A stretch of 55,792 nucleotides of DNA, counting the filler, from Asterionella formosa (lineage: Eukaryota): NCBI GenBank assembly GCA_002256025.1. It is 4 parts of 4 records of this genome, joined end to end, with 100 filler letters (N's around TTAATTAATTAA, not from the genome) between each part and the next. Parts side by side here need not be neighbours in the genome. Positions count along the whole stretch, not along the records: positions 41,927 to 55,792 come from NKIB01006369.1; 3 more parts are not named here. The stretch is one strand, 5' to 3'. The notes below the pieces were generated by a model. It made no database searches. It was given only the letters and a program-made list of their open reading frames with translations, and was not told where the DNA came from. The position numbers and the translations under genes are program-made. Of the stretch, positions 42,423 to 53,135 are shown one piece after another. Each line of letters opens with the position of its first letter. Positions within the stretch are counted from its first letter, which is position 1.

Positions 42423-45400
42423 ATGCAAGGCGAACACACACCAATAATTAGTCACAAAAGGCAACGATCCGAAATTACACAGAAACAGTATCAGTCTACG
42501 AATGATGACGATGGCGACGACAACGATGAGAATCAGCAACCAGAGAAAGCCCCTCCTATTTTGACTCCGCATATAGTACGACTCTTGAAAGTGCTCAAGG
42601 AAGGAACGTCTGCTCACGCCGAAGTGGCCGCCTCGCATATCCGAGATATTTGCCGTCAGTCATCTCCAGAGGTATTGTGGGATATCTTGGGTCGTCTACA
42701 AGGGTATTTAGTCAGCGAGGACTTTACATCTCGTCGGAATGCTGCAACAGCGATGGAAGGAGTTGCAGCTTGCTTGCCAGAAAGGAATCAAACAGAATTT
42801 CTGGAGAGTGCGATTGACGGGGAGAAGGGCCTGTGGTTGAATGTCCACGACTTGGCCAAGTTAGACGACAAGAATGAAACTGGACTACAAACTATCTTGC
42901 GAAAAGGACGACAGCTGCTTGTATCATCTGGTAACGAATTTGATTTAGAAAACAATGAGGATTTGTTTCAACGAGAGCAGAGCCAACTCGATACTTTGGA
43001 TCAATCACGAGGGCAGCAAGATTTCCTGGAGCACCGAGTTCGACTTCAACGTCAAATTTTGGCTCAGCGACTTGGATTAGCGGGAGTCATGGATGCGGTC
43101 GGATCGAGTGTGTTGCCAAATGAAATTACTAGCGAAGATTTAATTGAATGCAGTCCTGGTGTGTTCGAAAGTAAAAAATGCATCAAATTGTTACCAAAAA
43201 TAGAAGCAGATGATGATGATGTTTCGTCTATTCGAGCCCTATTAGTTTTGGAAATGCAAGGACAATGCTTGTCACAACGGGGCTCGGAATCTCACAAGAA
43301 TCCACAAACATTGCTTGCCACAGAACTACTCTATCGCATGTTTGATGCCGACTGGAAGAAACGACAGGGAGCAATAATGGGAATTTTGGCGTTACTCAAG
43401 GCATGGAACGGTTGCTCAACCGAGACAACGACGTTCGGCAGTTGGCCCAGGGATATACTAACAAGGTGCTTGTGCGTCTTGGCATTAGATCGCTTTGGAG
43501 ATTATGGGGAAAATATGATGGCACCTGTTCGCCAAATGGCTGGACAGTTATTGGCAGTATTGTACCGAAAAGCACCAATCCAGGTGCAAACCGAATGTCG
43601 AGCCGTACTCATGGAATTGACACGGTACGATGCAGAATGGGAAGTGAGGCATGGTGGAATTGTTGGGTTGACATTTATTGCAGCCTTATCAGACCAGGCA
43701 ACTGAAGTAGAGGGGATCTCGGCTGTCGCTATTGGCTGCTTGTCTGACGACAACGACGACGTCAAGGGTGCTGCGGCCACGATTTTGATGACCTTCTTCC
43801 ATTCCAACAAAACAATTTATTTAATCCGGGCTTGTGTAGGACCACTCTGGAAAGCAATATCAACTGTCAGAAGCGTTGCTTCGTGTGCAGAAAATTTGAT
43901 ATCATTGTTCTCCGCAATGTTGTGTCAAGAAACTCAAATAGTTTTGGACGGAATTGATGTAGGATTGCATCATGTTTTGACAAAACTTGTTGAATTGCTT
44001 GAGTTTGAGTCACTTTCGGTTAAGCTTGCTAGCTTGCAAGCTATTGGGAGCCTAACAAGACAAATTTCTGCGTTGGACTCAGTGAACGTGGTTAACGCCC
44101 TTATTTCACCCCACTATGCCCTCATGACATACTTGTTTGAAACGCACTGGAATTTAGCAACATGGACCGACGATGAATCGACTTTCGGAACATTGAAGAA
44201 GGCAAGAGACCAAGTTTGGATTCAGGTGGTCCAGCAAGTTTCGTTTCTTTTTCAGTACCTGACTCCACTGTCGCTGCAAAAGGTTCCCTTGAACGCACTC
44301 TTGCTTCGCCTCACACTGCGGTATTTCGGAATTTTATATGAGCTTCATTCCTGGACTGAGCCAAAACGACTGGATGAATCATCCATATCCATTCAAGAGG
44401 ATGCGGCGAATGCTCTCGCCTATTTCTGGGTGGTTATGATGAAAACATTCGAAATCGACCAGTTCGTTCGCTGTACTGTGTATTCTCTCATTCATTCACC
44501 ATGGATCTTTCTTTGTGAATCGGCCTGCATTTTGCACGCAGTACTCTGTCGAAGTGTAGGCTTACTTCCATGGATGGAGACTAGCCATCTACGGTTGAAC
44601 GAATTTCTTCAGCAGGCGCCTGTTTGTATGCGATACCAGCATCAAGTCCAACTTGCACGAAACGTACATGGCTTTGACCATGATTTGGTTCAGCACCTTC
44701 AACGAGCCCTCCAAGCCTCTCAGCAAGTAGTCAGCGACTCCTTGATATTCACATGGACTGAAGATTTGTCGGAGGTCGTAATGATGGACACACCTGTAGG
44801 TATTGCTCAGATGAGACTGTCAGCTGTCATTGCGGGTGCCATTGCTGCGGGTGGCAGTAATAACCTTCCGGCCAAGCTCACTCCACTTGTACGAGCGCTA
44901 ACGACATCAATTAAGAGTGAGGCCGACAACGGGCGACGAGAGTTTACTTGTAAAACTTTCTTCTGGATGCTGCAATCATTGTCTGATGAACAACATTCCA
45001 AGGTCAAGGCGAAGGTGCTATCAAACCTTTGCATGATGTTAGTGGAGAGACCTCTGGTGTGTAGCGGGAAAGCGGCGGCCCTAGTGATCAAAACGATGGT
45101 AGCCCATATACCTAGGACTCAAACTATTGAAACAATTCCACCAGTCTGGTTGCTACTAGATCCACTAACGACTGGGAACCCAATAGCATCACGAAACGAT
45201 GAGGCCCTTGACCAATCTCTGGATGTTTTGAAGGTGCTTTCTGAATCACTAACGGTTGGAAGTCGTGCGACATTCCATGTTATTGAATCTACAACGTCGA
45301 ATCTAGTTGGTATTGCATGTACTCACAAGTCCTCCGTGCGACGCCTATCTGCTGAATCGACAATCAAATTGCTTTGCAAATTAGCCGCTGGTTCGGTGCT

Positions 45401-47621
45401 TCGCCAATGTATTCCATCTCTACTGATTCATCTAAAAGACATCGATAATATTGCCTTTAGAATTGGAGCTTGCAGGCTTTTACATTCCATCATCGAGGCC
45501 GTTGATATGGAAATATGCCCGTTCGTACGAATACTCCTTCCCGTAGTCATGTCTTTGATGGCAGACCCAGAGGAAACATGCGCGAAACAAGCATCTCAAA
45601 CTTTTGCTATTCTCGTTCGAGTCGCTCCTCTTGTCCGCGAAAGTGTTCCGCCGACTTGGCAGACAGGAGGGTTTGACGATCATTCTGTTGCAGTCATGGA
45701 TCACCTCATTCATGGAATGCCCTTGCCCCCATGTCAGTTTCCTTCGCTATTGACTGTAGAAATGGAGTCTGCAGGGATTTCGTTGAGAAGCTACCAGCAA
45801 GAAGGGATTTCTTGGTTGCGGTTCCTACAATCAGTGAAATTGAATGGAGCTTTGTGTGACGACATGGGTGTTGGGAAAACGGTACAAGCCCTACTTGCCG
45901 TGGCTTTAGCTCACGCCGATGCCAATGAATCATTTCCATGTTCGCTTGTTGTATGTCCATCAACTTTAGTCGGTCTTTGGCTTAATGAAGTGAAGAAGTT
46001 TTTCCCCAGCGATTCTGTGTTTCGTCCTTTTGCCCTTGTTGGAAATGGTAAAGAACGTACCTCCCGTTGGAAGGCGCGACCTTGTGATTGCAATCTTGTT
46101 CTTACCAGCTACGCCGTTTTGCGGAGTGATATCAAGATACTAGAATCCACTTGTTGGAAGTATTGCATCCTCGACGAAGGTCATCTTCTCAAAAACCCAA
46201 GGACTGCGACAGCCATCGCTGCGAGACGATTGCGAGCAAACCACAAACTCATCTTGACAGGCACACCAGTACAGAACCATGTCAGTGAGTTATGGGCAAC
46301 ATTTGATTTTCTATTGCCAAACTTTCTTGGTTCACAGGCAGCATTCTCGAAAGCTTTCGCTCGACCAATTGCCAACAGCCAGCGTCCAGGGGCATCATCA
46401 GAAGCCATTAGTGTTGGGATGGAGAGGTTAAAAATTCTTCACCAGCAGGTACTACCATTTATTCTTCGTCGTGAGAAATCTCAAGTGTTGAAGGACTTGC
46501 CCCCAAAGATAGTCACGGATATTCCATGTTCACTGAGTGAAATGCAGAGTATTCTGTACAAGCAAATCTGTGAAAGCACGTCCGCACGAAAGTCACTTGC
46601 AGTTTTCGATCAAGCAATTGATCAGGTCAGTAGAACTGAATCTGCTACGAAAGAAGTGGAACTTGGATCTGAAGTATTCAAGACGCTTCTGTGCTTGCGT
46701 CTTTTATGTACGCACCCTTCCCTTGTGGTGGGCCGTGTTACGGGTCTCGGAATAAATGATTACCGGACAAGTAACCATCTGGAGGCAAGTGGGAAACTCT
46801 TAGCATTGAACGACCTACTACGTACCGCAGGTGTTGGTGGAACAGAACTCACAGCTGCTGACAATGACACGTCATTGATGTATGTTGGGTTTAAAGATTC
46901 AAAAGACACTGTTACAACAATTCTTGATGAAGATGATAACGATGATGAGTTCCCTACAATTAGTAACGGACGATCAAATCAAGGAGACAATGAAAATCCG
47001 AAATGTTTAATCTTCGCTCAGTTCTCTCAAAGTCTTGATATCGTAGAGACTCTTCTCTTTAAACCTCACATGCCCTCCCTTAGATATCTTCGGCTAGATG
47101 GCAGCATTCCACAAGACAGGCGATCTGAAGTAGTGGACACATTCAACAATGATGATAGTATTCGCGTCCTCCTTTTGACAACGCGAGTTGGAGGGCTCGG
47201 TTTGAACTTAACATCTGCCAGCATGGTTGTTTTTTTAGAACATGACTATAATCCACATGCTGATTTGCAAGCAGCAGATCGGTGTTACCGTCTCGGACAA
47301 TCGAAAACGGTGAATATCTATCGCTTGATAACAACAGATACCATTGAAGAAAAGATTCGAACGCTTCAAAAGGTGAAGCTTGCCATGAGTGATGCCATTG
47401 TTAACACTGAAAACTCCTCCATGTACTCGATGGGCACTGATCGATTGCTGGATATCTTTACCTTTCGTAGTGATCAAGATGACGAGAAGCTGAACACGAA
47501 GGGATCTAAAGCAAAACGAATCGACACGGATTCAATCGACAATGTATACAGTTCTAACGAATATGAATCGCTTTCAGTCCAGGAGTTTGTCAAGGGATTC
47601 GCCGTGAATAGGAAAAATTGA
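42423..47621 (+). CDS. BTAF1: TATA-binding protein-associated factor BTAF1/Mot1 (SNF2 ATPase)
   Basis: N-terminal HEAT region with VLALDRFGDY, APVRQMAGQ, WEVRHGG, KLTPLVRAL. SNF2 motifs LRSYQQEGISWL, GALCDDMGVGKT, ILDEGH, LTGTPVQN, LHQQVLPFILRR, LLTTRVGGLGLNLT, DLQAADRCYRLGQ. Likely start ATG 42423 (ORF open from 42135). Confidence 0.92.
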   Translation: MQGEHTPIISHKRQRSEITQKQYQSTNDDDGDDNDENQQPEKAPPILTPHIVRLLKVLKEGTSAHAEVAASHIRDICRQSSPEVLWDILGRLQGYLVSEDFTSRRNAATAMEGVAACLPERNQTEFLESAIDGEKGLWLNVHDLAKLDDKNETGLQTILRKGRQLLVSSGNEFDLENNEDLFQREQSQLDTLDQSRGQQDFLEHRVRLQRQILAQRLGLAGVMDAVGSSVLPNEITSEDLIECSPGVFESKKCIKLLPKIEADDDDVSSIRALLVLEMQGQCLSQRGSESHKNPQTLLATELLYRMFDADWKKRQGAIMGILALLKAWNGCSTETTTFGSWPRDILTRCLCVLALDRFGDYGENMMAPVRQMAGQLLAVLYRKAPIQVQTECRAVLMELTRYDAEWEVRHGGIVGLTFIAALSDQATEVEGISAVAIGCLSDDNDDVKGAAATILMTFFHSNKTIYLIRACVGPLWKAISTVRSVASCAENLISLFSAMLCQETQIVLDGIDVGLHHVLTKLVELLEFESLSVKLASLQAIGSLTRQISALDSVNVVNALISPHYALMTYLFETHWNLATWTDDESTFGTLKKARDQVWIQVVQQVSFLFQYLTPLSLQKVPLNALLLRLTLRYFGILYELHSWTEPKRLDESSISIQEDAANALAYFWVVMMKTFEIDQFVRCTVYSLIHSPWIFLCESACILHAVLCRSVGLLPWMETSHLRLNEFLQQAPVCMRYQHQVQLARNVHGFDHDLVQHLQRALQASQQVVSDSLIFTWTEDLSEVVMMDTPVGIAQMRLSAVIAGAIAAGGSNNLPAKLTPLVRALTTSIKSEADNGRREFTCKTFFWMLQSLSDEQHSKVKAKVLSNLCMMLVERPLVCSGKAAALVIKTMVAHIPRTQTIETIPPVWLLLDPLTTGNPIASRNDEALDQSLDVLKVLSESLTVGSRATFHVIESTTSNLVGIACTHKSSVRRLSAESTIKLLCKLAAGSVLRQCIPSLLIHLKDIDNIAFRIGACRLLHSIIEAVDMEICPFVRILLPVVMSLMADPEETCAKQASQTFAILVRVAPLVRESVPPTWQTGGFDDHSVAVMDHLIHGMPLPPCQFPSLLTVEMESAGISLRSYQQEGISWLRFLQSVKLNGALCDDMGVGKTVQALLAVALAHADANESFPCSLVVCPSTLVGLWLNEVKKFFPSDSVFRPFALVGNGKERTSRWKARPCDCNLVLTSYAVLRSDIKILESTCWKYCILDEGHLLKNPRTATAIAARRLRANHKLILTGTPVQNHVSELWATFDFLLPNFLGSQAAFSKAFARPIANSQRPGASSEAISVGMERLKILHQQVLPFILRREKSQVLKDLPPKIVTDIPCSLSEMQSILYKQICESTSARKSLAVFDQAIDQVSRTESATKEVELGSEVFKTLLCLRLLCTHPSLVVGRVTGLGINDYRTSNHLEASGKLLALNDLLRTAGVGGTELTAADNDTSLMYVGFKDSKDTVTTILDEDDNDDEFPTISNGRSNQGDNENPKCLIFAQFSQSLDIVETLLFKPHMPSLRYLRLDGSIPQDRRSEVVDTFNNDDSIRVLLLTTRVGGLGLNLTSASMVVFLEHDYNPHADLQAADRCYRLGQSKTVNIYRLITTDTIEEKIRTLQKVKLAMSDAIVNTENSSMYSMGTDRLLDIFTFRSDQDDEKLNTKGSKAKRIDTDSIDNVYSSNEYESLSVQEFVKGFAVNRKN

Positions 47622-48131
47622 CGTGAGCGTTTCTGGATTTCTGGATGGCAAGCAAGCCTCCCTGATAAAAAATGAGCATTTTAAGAACGAGGTTCTTACA
47701 TGAACTGTATGTAAAACCACCATAGTTGAATGTTGATATGTTGCGCTGATGGTAGCTTTTCAACAAAGAATTGCATATTTTCAACGTCAATGGTCTCTTC
47801 CTCATCGCAAAACACCATGCCGACTGCATTTTCCCTTACTGATGACTGTGGAGTACGAATCAATCAACCTTCTATCATGTGATGACAAGGAAATATTCTA
47901 ATACCGACTATAAATTTTGAAATCAGAAATTGCTGAAGATGAAGTGAAGGGTCAGAGAGAACTGGAACTTAGAGCTGTTTCATCAGGTAAAGTGAAAGTA
48001 AATCTCGTTTTTGGATTGATACCACAAAAACGAACGTTCTCATGCACATAAAAAAGATAGGATACATTGTCATGAAACCGTAGCTCCAAAATAGATACTA
48101 GAGGAATACTAGTCAATAGTGCAGCATTCGA

Positions 48132-48728
48132 TTAATTTATCCAACCCATAGCCTCCAAGACTAGACCTGAGCATCGTCGTCTAGCTGCATCAAAGTCATC
48201 CAAAGAATCCGGTAAGTCATCCCACAGACATTGCATTCTTCTCAAGGCATCGTCCGCCGGTTTCAGCAATGGAAAACGCAGTTTCATATCTTGAATCAAT
48301 CTTCGTGAACACTCTTGTTCGGTTCCAATCTCATACCTTGTAGCACCTGCCATGGCAGCCAAGACTTCCGAGTATCCGCCAGGTCCGCCATCTGTTCCAT
48401 CCCATTTTCCATTTTGCCACGCCAGCGCTAATACTAACTTCACTTCTTCAAACGGAGGATCCGCAGATATAGCTTCTATCAATTTCTTAACCAATTTATC
48501 CCTCGACTGTGGCGTATCATAGGTTCGTCTCGAGATCATGGCGCAATCATGGCCCGTCCCCTGACCATAACCCCAACGCCAGGCTTCCGACGTCCAACCA
48601 GATCGGCGGATGCCATAAATTTCTTTGCTACTACTCATACTCAACGAGAAGGCGCTGGATAAGGACGTAACAAGTGTAACGAGGAGGAAGGTATAACCCA
48701 AGCTAAAGGAAGATATGCAGGCCATCAT
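48132..48728 (-). CDS. Hypothetical protein, probably plastid-targeted
   Basis: ORF with hydrophobic signal ending LSSA|FSLSM. Globular part with WRWGYGQGTGHDCA and WDGTDGGPGGY. Start uncertain (48764 or 48728). Confidence 0.65.
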   Translation of the reverse strand: MMACISSFSLGYTFLLVTLVTSLSSAFSLSMSSSKEIYGIRRSGWTSEAWRWGYGQGTGHDCAMISRRTYDTPQSRDKLVKKLIEAISADPPFEEVKLVLALAWQNGKWDGTDGGPGGYSEVLAAMAGATRYEIGTEQECSRRLIQDMKLRFPLLKPADDALRRMQCLWDDLPDSLDDFDAARRRCSGLVLEAMGWIN

Positions 48729-49248
48729 AATGATAAACCATGATGATCCTGTTGAAACAAACATTATGAAAAAGAATTTTCTTTGAATGTTGTGAGTCAT
48801 TGGCCAAGTACCTGGTACTAGGTGCCAGGTATCAGCAACCATACCAGGTACTACCTGGTACCAGGTCTGCTCTCGCTCAAAGCAACTCTCTGCCTGCTGG
48901 TATCAGCCAGAGGGGACCCGGAATCAGGTACTGGTATCTGGTATCAGACATGCGTCTTTTTAGTGAAATTAGATCTTTGTCTACAGCATACATCATAACG
49001 GTAGTCTATCATGATAATGTACTTAGACTAGACTAGGTATCAGTACCCTGGTGCCCGATACCTGGGAGGCTAGTTCAGACATGCATGAGATGATTTGTGC
49101 CTCAAATCCAATCCCACCAAACGTGTTAATAACGATACCATGAACAGCATGTGAAATATGACATAGATGATAGGTAAAGGATGTAGAACTGAAACCCATA
49201 AGGAAAATCAGAACACATTATTAACTGCACAAACAAGTTGAAGGCAGA

Positions 49249-49974
49249 ATGGCCGATGATATTGCTCGCATAATATTTGACTCCGCCCAGACCATGGAGC
49301 AGCAGTACTACTCCACTGTAGTAACTGACACTGGGGCGCCTAGTGGCTTTCAAGTGTTGGGACTCGAGCCCGGGAGTTCTATTCACTTCCACGATATTGA
49401 AGCAGCAGTCAACTGTCTGCATCATCGTGCATTTTCACGTTTGGAAGAGAATGAAGAGAATCGATGGCTATTGAGCTACAATGGACGACCACTACCAGAT
49501 AAAAATGCAATAGTGGGCCCTGGTCTTACAGTGGGAGTTTTTGCAACAAATAACCATATTGCAATTACACAAACATATCCGAGGGCCTCAATCATTTGTC
49601 ACCAGGAACGAGACCCAGGTGTTGAACTTGTCGAAGCTCTCGTCGAACGATCACATCAGCATGAGCACACGGCCCGTCACTATCCTAGTATTGCTACAAT
49701 TCGCTTGTTGCCAGAACCAGCAATATCTGCACATGGAGTTGAACAGAATTATGCCATTTATGGGCTTGGTACTCTGTTGCCGAGGCACGTGTCAGTCATG
49801 GTAGATGCAGTGAATGAATTGACAGCTCAGGGATACAAAAGGATGAGGCAGGACGATGAAATGAAGTGGAAGGCGTTCCTCAACAGAGCAGTTAACTTTG
49901 TACCCGACTCAGGCTATCAATATTGTTGCGGCAAAATCAATAGCATCTATTCCAAAGCAAGTCTAGACCAATGA
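49249..49974 (+). CDS. Hypothetical protein
   Basis: 241-aa ATG-initiated ORF with ordinary globular composition, divergent from the 48132-48728 gene. No recognisable motif. Confidence 0.55.
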   Translation: MADDIARIIFDSAQTMEQQYYSTVVTDTGAPSGFQVLGLEPGSSIHFHDIEAAVNCLHHRAFSRLEENEENRWLLSYNGRPLPDKNAIVGPGLTVGVFATNNHIAITQTYPRASIICHQERDPGVELVEALVERSHQHEHTARHYPSIATIRLLPEPAISAHGVEQNYAIYGLGTLLPRHVSVMVDAVNELTAQGYKRMRQDDEMKWKAFLNRAVNFVPDSGYQYCCGKINSIYSKASLDQ

Positions 49975-50522
49975 TTTCACTTGTCGGATGAAGAACGAAC
50001 AACAGAATCCGTCAATATGAACCATCACTCCACCTTGTCTGTTCGTTCTGCTTATAGGCTGTTGGTGTTAGGATTAAGCCTCCAACAGCATAAAATATAC
50101 CTGTGTTTCCAGCCTGCTGATACCTTTCAAATTCTTGGATACACTCATAACCAAGAATCATCATACACTAGTAAGGAAGAGAACTATTTTGTCATCATAA
50201 AGCCCAGATGATATGAATGTACCTGGTATACCATTGGACGAGGTGCAGGTCGAGGGCAGGATGTGATTACACGTGGACGGTAGAAAGTTGCTTTAATCAT
50301 TTCTGGGAGAAGGCTTCAGTCACGACCTTCAGTTGACCTGAATTCCGGCCAATCGACGATTCTTTCCACTCATGACCCTTCCCGTCTGCCATGATCGGTT
50401 CCAAGAATACCATGTGATTTTGATGAAATTTCCATCAAAGCAATTCAAAAAATAAAATAAAAAGACATTTAGCAGCATTTATTCTTTAGTGATAGAAATA
50501 GAGGCTGCGTTCCTTGACTACT

Positions 50523-52259
50523 TCAAAAATCAAAAGTAATCTTAGTGGCCTTCTTCATTGGGCCACTGGTAGGTCCAAAATTCCCATACAGCTTGTGCTC
50601 CTTTTTCTTGATGGTTGATCCAAACTTCATCAGGGCATCTGGAACCTTTTGGCCAGCTTGTTTCATGACTTGTTGCAATTCACCGGCATGTGACTTGTCG
50701 CCTGGTTGAAAGAAGGTATGGCTGATACCAGTTTTTCCGGCGCGTCCTGTTCGTCCAATCCGATGCACATAGTCTTCAATCGTCAAGGGGAAGGTGTAAT
50801 TAATGACGGCTTCGACGTTTGGAATATCCAATCCTCTGGCAGCGACATCCGTCGCTATCATGAGCGGACATGTTCCATCCTTGAATTGTGCCAAAGCAGC
50901 AGTTCTTGCAGCTTGTTGCTTGTTTCCATGGATTGAACAGCATTTCCACCCATCCTTGGACAGTGAAAACTCCAATCGCTCAGCTTCCTTTTTATAAAGC
51001 GCGAAGACGAGTATACGATCTTGTCTGTCTTTCCCATGATGCTGCTTTAATAATTGTCTCAATCTCGCATCGCGCGCCCGGTCTTCAATGACTTCCACCG
51101 TCTGTGTCACCCTTTTGTTAGCACTCAAACTATCATCCATTGTCCCATCTCCCGAACTTCCCACAATGGCTTCAAATCCAACATACACACGAATTGGTTT
51201 CACCATGTACTCAATAGCAATCTTTTGAATTGCAGCCGGCCATGTTGCACTAAACATTGCGGTCTGACGACCATCTTCTCGTGACTTGCATTGCCCAATA
51301 ATGTATCTCACATCTTCTTCAAAACCCATGTCTAGCATGCGATCGGCTTCATCCAAGACCAAGTGATGAACCTGACTCAAATCACACGCTCCTTGATCTA
51401 TAAGGTCCTTGAGTCGCCCAGGAGTTGCCACAATGCAATCGACAGTGCCCTTTTTCAGTTCCGCCACTTGCGTGTATTTGGGGACACCTCCATATACGAC
51501 CAATGATGTCAACTGTACGACCGCTCCAAATTCTTCCAAAACGTCATGAGATTGCATGGCCAATTCTCGTGTGGGCGCCAACACGAGCATACGAGGAGCC
51601 CTCTTTTTGCTGGCATTGGTTCGCATCTCTTTTGACATTTGAGTGAGGGCCGGCATGGCAAAGGCCAGTGTCTTTCCGGAGCCAGTCTCAGCAATGCCCA
51701 CAACGTCACGTTGGATTGTGCATTCGAGCATGACAGGCCAGCATTGTGCTTGTATAGGAGACGGTGTAGTGAAGCCGTTCTTGGCGGTGCAATGGGAAAG
51801 TAGGGATTGTGGGATGGTGCCACTGGCAGCGTGAAAAGTAGTGTAGGGGTAATATTCCTTCAAGTCGTTCAAGGCAGTGGAATCGTCTTCGATGGTATCT
51901 TTCAAGACAATCTTGTGTTGCTTGCGCCAGGCATTCATGTCGGATGGAGGCATGGCGTCTTCCTCCTTCTTTGGTTTCTTGGCAGATGCAATATTTCCTC
52001 CAGCAGCGACATCAGCGTCATCATTCCCAACTTCTTTGCGCTTGTTGTTGATGTTGCTCAATGAAATGATCTTGCCATCGACGGAAAACTTGTCGCTCTT
52101 GGAAAGAAACTTTTTGACTTTCTTTGGAGTCACGTCGTCCAGCTTTTCCGCAACTTCCTTGGCCAGTTCCTTAATCTTCATGCGCCCATCGTCGTGCTTC
52201 TTCAAGCACTTCTTGGCAGCCTTAATGGCCACTTCTGCCATTTCTACTGATAAGCCCAT
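50523..52259 (-). CDS. DBP3: DEAD-box RNA helicase Dbp3 (rRNA processing)
   Basis: Q motif GFTTPSPIQAQCW, AETGSGKT, PTRELA, TPGR, LDEADRMLD, SAT, ARGLD, HRIGRTGR. Lys-rich N-terminus and the Dbp3-type C-end FGSTIKKKEHKLYGNF...KATKITFD. Confidence 0.88.
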   Translation of the reverse strand: MGLSVEMAEVAIKAAKKCLKKHDDGRMKIKELAKEVAEKLDDVTPKKVKKFLSKSDKFSVDGKIISLSNINNKRKEVGNDDADVAAGGNIASAKKPKKEEDAMPPSDMNAWRKQHKIVLKDTIEDDSTALNDLKEYYPYTTFHAASGTIPQSLLSHCTAKNGFTTPSPIQAQCWPVMLECTIQRDVVGIAETGSGKTLAFAMPALTQMSKEMRTNASKKRAPRMLVLAPTRELAMQSHDVLEEFGAVVQLTSLVVYGGVPKYTQVAELKKGTVDCIVATPGRLKDLIDQGACDLSQVHHLVLDEADRMLDMGFEEDVRYIIGQCKSREDGRQTAMFSATWPAAIQKIAIEYMVKPIRVYVGFEAIVGSSGDGTMDDSLSANKRVTQTVEVIEDRARDARLRQLLKQHHGKDRQDRILVFALYKKEAERLEFSLSKDGWKCCSIHGNKQQAARTAALAQFKDGTCPLMIATDVAARGLDIPNVEAVINYTFPLTIEDYVHRIGRTGRAGKTGISHTFFQPGDKSHAGELQQVMKQAGQKVPDALMKFGSTIKKKEHKLYGNFGPTSGPMKKATKITFDF

Positions 52260-53135
52260 GTTTGGTTGGAGATCAATTCCGTCAACTGCTACTATACTCT
52301 GTTAAGTACCGGTCCTAATACGGCAATTCTGACAAACAAATGTTAACACTATTATGTGTACATCACAAAAGTATCTGTACACTTGTATATTTACTGGTAT
52401 GCTGTAAGTGCAGTACAACGAAACTCAAAATCACACTGATTGGAAGAACAACCGGCCGTACATTGAGAGTTTTACCTCTTCACTCTTGCTGTATGGACAT
52501 GTAAGATATGTACCGGTAGTTCGTGAATAGAATGGATGATACTATCATATCAATTACGTCCGATGCTGCTTGCTGTTCGAGTGCTATGATTGTACTCGCT
52601 CCTGAAAATCATTTTATATTTTGGTTGGCTTTGAGGGTGCACTGTCTGTACGACGCTCAATGAGCCCAACAGAATCCACCACTCCTAATCGACGCTTGAA
52701 GCTATCCCGGACATTAATTTGGATAACCGGGAGGGTTGACCTTTTCACTGTCCGTCGTGCGCAAAAATAACAATTGTTTTAATAATTTCTTGCAAAAGCA
52801 ACCACAGCATTCCGGTACTGTGGTATTGCCTACTTGGTACCTGGTACCTACTCCTACCATGGTACCGTGGTACCAGGTACCAGTATCGTTATCATTCACA
52901 TACCGGGTAGTAGTCATGGCACTATTTATTACATTCGGTATTGTTCACTCACTCTGCCCCTAAATAAATATGAAATCACCTTTCATCGGAAAGCACTTGT
53001 AAATATTATCACATACATGTGATTTCAAACGACCATATCATAGTCTACCAGAAGTCGGGTACCGGTAGTCCTGGTATACAATTTTCTCGACTCCGCTGCT
53101 GGCAGTTTAGTCCACCTCTTCTTCCCTCCACAATC

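Noticed and set aside
1939..52259. Apparent cluster of translation/tRNA genes (WDR6, PheRS, MCT-1, DBP3)
   Set aside because: They act in different compartments, are interspersed with unrelated genes, and are separated by artificial contig joins. There is no evidence for a functional cluster.
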